From: a virus
Taxonomy: Duplodnaviria; Caudoviricetes
Direction: 5' to 3' (one strand)
IMG/VR virus record: IMGVR_UViG_3300031994_000046
Location: 34,658-98,657 of that record
Length of the DNA: 64,000 nucleotides
The notes under the pieces are model-generated. The model saw only the letters and a program-made list of their open reading frames with translations, did not search any database and was not told the origin of the DNA. The number at the start of each line of letters is the position of its first letter. Positions within the stretch are counted from its first letter, which is position 1. Below are positions 61,414-64,000 of the stretch, one piece after another. The position numbers were made by a program, and so were the translations under genes.

Positions 61414-61566
61414 AAAAGGTAGAAACTCCCAGTGTTTCTACTAACTGCTAAACGTATTTATACTTAGGATTAGTTTAGATTCAACCAAATCTTTACCATG
61501 ATGGTAAAAATCCCATCTATAAAGGGGATGGTTATATTCCCAATCGCTTTTGAGTTTTACCCTTTT
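61414..61566 (-). ncRNA. uncharacterised structured RNA
   Basis: long imperfect terminal stem AAAAGGTAGAAACTC/GAGTTTTACCCTTTT. Confidence 0.45.
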
Positions 61567-61653
61567 CTATTAAATCTATTTTCACAAACAAATTTAATAA
61601 TCTCTATCTTCCATTTCTTCCCTTAATTCATTACAAAATGTTATAATGAATCG

Positions 61654-61726
61654 CGGTCCCTACGGGATTCGAACCCGTACCGTACGGATCGACAATCCGA
61701 CATTGTTACCGTTCAACCAAGAGACC
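61654..61726 (-). tRNA. tRNA-Asp(GUC)
   Basis: CGGA-TTGTCGA-TCCG, G73. Confidence 0.88.
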
Positions 61727-61863
61727 AAATATGGTTATTATCCAGATACCAAAAAACTGGGAACAAATTTCTCGATTATCCATTCCAACGTCATTGTCTT
61801 TACACTTGATACACTTGGACCAAGAGGAAAAATGATAACCCTTATAAGCATGGCATGCAAGAG

Positions 61864-61936
61864 TGGGGCGGCAGAGAATCGAACTCTGGTTGGTAGGATG
61901 TAAGCCTACTGTCCTGGACCACTAAACGACCTCCCC
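61864..61936 (-). tRNA. tRNA-Val(UAC)
   Basis: GTAGG-CTTACAT-CCTAC. Confidence 0.88.
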
Positions 61937-61944
61937 AATATATG

Positions 61945-62018
61945 TACTCCGGCAGGGATTCGAACCCTGGACCCGATGCTTAAGAGGCAACTACTCTAAC
62001 CAACTGAGCTAACGGAGC
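61945..62018 (-). tRNA. tRNA-Lys(CUU)
   Basis: CTCTTAA loop. Confidence 0.88.
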
Positions 62019-62031
62019 ATTATATTATTTG

Positions 62032-62107
62032 TGCTCCCACAGGGACTCGAACCCTGACCTCACAGATTAAAAGTCTGGAACGCTATACCAATTAACGCCA
62101 TGAGAGC
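62032..62107 (-). tRNA. tRNA-Lys(UUU)
   Basis: near-identical body to 60041-60116 but CTTTTAA loop. Confidence 0.9.
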
Positions 62108-62114
62108 AAATTAG

Positions 62115-62188
62115 TACCCCCTCAGGGATTCGAACCCTGGATCCTCGGCTTAAAAGGCCGCAGCTTTAACCAACTCAGCTAAGAGGGC
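62115..62188 (-). tRNA. tRNA-Lys(UUU)
   Basis: CGGC-CTTTTAA-GCCG. Confidence 0.9.
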
Positions 62189-62271
62189 ATACACAATAAA
62201 TTGTATTAAACTTAATAATAATTTGCGTTTAATTTTGATTTAACGTGCATGCTTCTAATTGGTTAAACTGC

Positions 62272-62331
62272 TTAATACCAACTTCTCTCAGGAAACATAC
62301 ACAACTAACGTTTTCGTTTAAACTGTTTCAT
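62272..62331 (-). promoter_or_regulatory. second amber-containing leader mini-ORF (MKQFKRKR*LCMFPERSWY)
   Basis: Same ATGAAACAGTTT start as the 56488 leader; TAG at 62305-62307; A-rich initiation region. Confidence 0.55.
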
Positions 62332-62373
62332 ATGTTTTAAATTTTATATTTATAGATTATTAATTTCTATTTG

Positions 62374-62445
62374 CGGTCCATGAGGGAGTCGAACCCTCAT
62401 CTTGTGATCGACAGTCACACATTCTAACCGTTATACTAATGGACC
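62374..62445 (-). tRNA. tRNA-Asp(GUC)
   Basis: TGTGA-CTGTCGA-TCACA. Confidence 0.92.
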
Positions 62446-62480
62446 AAATATCTGTCACCTAAGTGATCCAAATTTATATG

Positions 62481-62566
62481 TACCGGGAATGGGGGTCGAA
62501 CCCACACGCCCCTTACGGGGCAACAGATTTTAAGTCTGTCTTGTCTACCGATTCCAACATCCCGGC
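62481..62566 (-). tRNA. tRNA-Leu(UAA)
   Basis: ACAGA-CTTAAAA-TCTGT, long variable arm. Confidence 0.92.
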
Positions 62567-62619
62567 ATCCTTATATTATATATTATAATATAGTAACTTA
62601 ATAAATAAATTACAATATG

Positions 62620-62693
62620 CGGGGACAGAGGGATTCGAACCCACAACCATCGGCTTAACAGGCCGCCGCTCTAACCATTATAGCTATATCCCC
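62620..62693 (-). tRNA. tRNA-Asn(GUU)
   Basis: CGGC-CTGTTAA-GCCG. Confidence 0.9.
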
Positions 62694-62700
62694 ATAATTG

Positions 62701-62772
62701 CGCTCCCGGTAGGGGTCGAACCTACGACCAATAGATTAACAGTCTACTGCTCTACCACTGAGCTACAGGAGC
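62701..62772 (-). tRNA. tRNA-Asn(GUU)
   Basis: GTAGA-CTGTTAA-TCTAT. Confidence 0.92.
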
Positions 62773-62985
62773 AAAATTAAATTTGGAGGACCGTTCTGTG
62801 CTGACCAGAATATTCAGTATTCGTAAATGGATTTACATTTCAACGACATACGAAGCATGGAGTCTTTCACCATTTGCCGAGCCGACCTCTTAACGACACC
62901 TATGGGAAATAGGAAACGAATCGTAAATATAACAGTTTTATTTCAACATCCCAAGTTTTTTATTTTCCATTATATTAACCATTTG

Positions 62986-63058
62986 TGGAGCTGAAGAGAA
63001 TCGAACTCTCCCACAAACCTTGCAAAGGTCCATCGCCTGCCTTGGAACATGCAACCCC
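62986..63058 (-). tRNA. tRNA-Ala(UGC), atypical D arm
   Basis: G3-U70; GGACC-TTTGCAA-GGTTT. Confidence 0.8.
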
Positions 63059-63200
63059 AAATAGCTTCAACGAAAATAGTATTCCACATCGGCTAATACT
63101 TATTTCAATCTGCTCCTGTGGTATTCTCTCAGCCGAAATTATGAATGTTATTCCAACTTATCAAGTAGTTTTTCAACTTGCCTCACCGGCATCCATATTG

Positions 63201-63274
63201 AGCTCCGTACCGGACTCGAACCGATAACATCCGCATTACAAGTGCGGCGCTCTACCAATTAAAGCTAACAGAGC
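63201..63274 (-). tRNA. tRNA-Thr(UGU)
   Basis: CCGCA-CTTGTAA-TGCGG. Confidence 0.92.
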
Positions 63275-63657
63275 AAATAAAAATGGTAGTGCTTTGGACA
63301 AGCAGTCTAATCTCTCGAACTTAATCTACAAAAGATAGAGCCTGATATATTTCAATCATATTTTTCTTTGGCAACTACCACATATTTCTTAATGATATGG
63401 AAATTCTGTTATAAAGGCAATTTTTAATCTCCCACTATCAGAGAACCTTTATATATATTTACTGAACTATTTCGCTGAGGTGCTTGGCATCTCATTGAAA
63501 GGGGTTTTCCACCACTCCTCTTCCAAATCAGTTTTGTTTAATTGTAGGCGGGCTTCTCACCACTTAATTGCGTCTCAACCATTACTGGAGTGTCCTTCTT
63601 GTTCTCTTAATGAGTGTGCTAGACGACTACAATTATTTTTATATTTATTGTACCAAC

Positions 63658-63669
63658 ATGTCAAAGAAC
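63658..63669 (-). promoter_or_regulatory. boxA-like antitermination site
   Basis: GTTCTTTGACAT about 65 nt downstream of promoter 63734-63761 at the head of the tRNA transcript. Confidence 0.5.
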
Positions 63670-63733
63670 TCAGATTCAAAAACTCTAAATAATATCTTTT
63701 CAAATATAATTAGAATTTGAATATTATATTAAT

Positions 63734-63761
63734 AATATAGTTCTTTAAAAAATAATTTCAA
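63734..63761 (-). promoter_or_regulatory. TTGAAA-N16-TATATT promoter driving tRNA cluster
   Basis: matches recurring motif. Confidence 0.6.
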
Positions 63762-63815
63762 ATTTCTAAGAAAAAATTTATAAAGAATTTCAACTATATA
63801 AATTAACATAATTTG

Positions 63816-63895
63816 TACCTCTACTGGGATTCGAACCCAGACCCAATTAAGGAGGGATTTTAAGTCCCCTGCGTAGACCGTTCCGCCATAGAGGC
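63816..63895 (-). tRNA. tRNA-Leu(UAA)
   Basis: GGGGA-CTTAAAA-TCCCT. Confidence 0.9.
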
Positions 63896-64000
63896 ATATA
63901 GTAAAAATCCGGTACTATTCTCCTATAATGTTCATTTAAGTGTGAATCCTTGCTCTACATGTGGTGGGTCACTTTACCCTGATTTTCAAATTCCCATGGA

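Noticed and set aside
56524-63692. ORF-track entries across the tRNA cluster, and the 60739-60813 extension of the endonuclease
   Set aside because: They overlap or are antisense to tRNA/ncRNA genes and have non-phage composition.
1-64000. CRISPR array, rRNA, canonical tmRNA, transposase
   Set aside because: No regularly spaced repeats, rRNA motifs, Ala-type tmRNA ends or transposase ORFs were found by eye.

Overview
Very AT-rich segment of a T4-like jumbo/megaphage genome. The host is probably Bacteroidales/Prevotella (Lak-like gene content), but the genes here read in standard code 11. 1-12.4 kb (minus strand) holds a family B DNA polymerase running off the left edge, an SprT-like protease, a YkuK-like RNase H, a ribosomal S1-like protein, YqeY, a DEDDh exonuclease and small hypotheticals. 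12.6-30.4 kb is a virion/baseplate/tail block. 31-41.7 kb holds a VWA + MoxR-type AAA pair, a GT2-TPR glycosyltransferase and SmpB. 41.9-48.6 kb holds the portal, a gp5-like hub and the large terminase. 48.7-56.3 kb holds host-like surface/lipoproteins and a Pth2-like peptidyl-tRNA hydrolase that the ORF track missed because of an internal TAG. 56.6-63.9 kb is a minus-strand cluster of about 35 tRNA and tRNA-like genes interleaved with structured ncRNAs and one homing-type endonuclease. Main novelties: (1) an apparent amber-gated circuit of suppressor tRNA-CUA, a TAG-containing leader peptide with attenuator-like hairpins, and the TAG-interrupted Pth2; (2) a covarying stem module, reminiscent of Y RNA, present as two free-standing RNAs and as circularly permuted GNRA-capped inserts inside three tRNAs; (3) amino-acid-biased mini-ORFs placed directly upstream of cognate or aberrant tRNAs; (4) several heavily remodelled tRNA-like RNAs; (5) an in-frame ochre codon inside a hairpin at codon 9 of the DNA polymerase. 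All tRNA and RNA structures were folded by eye.
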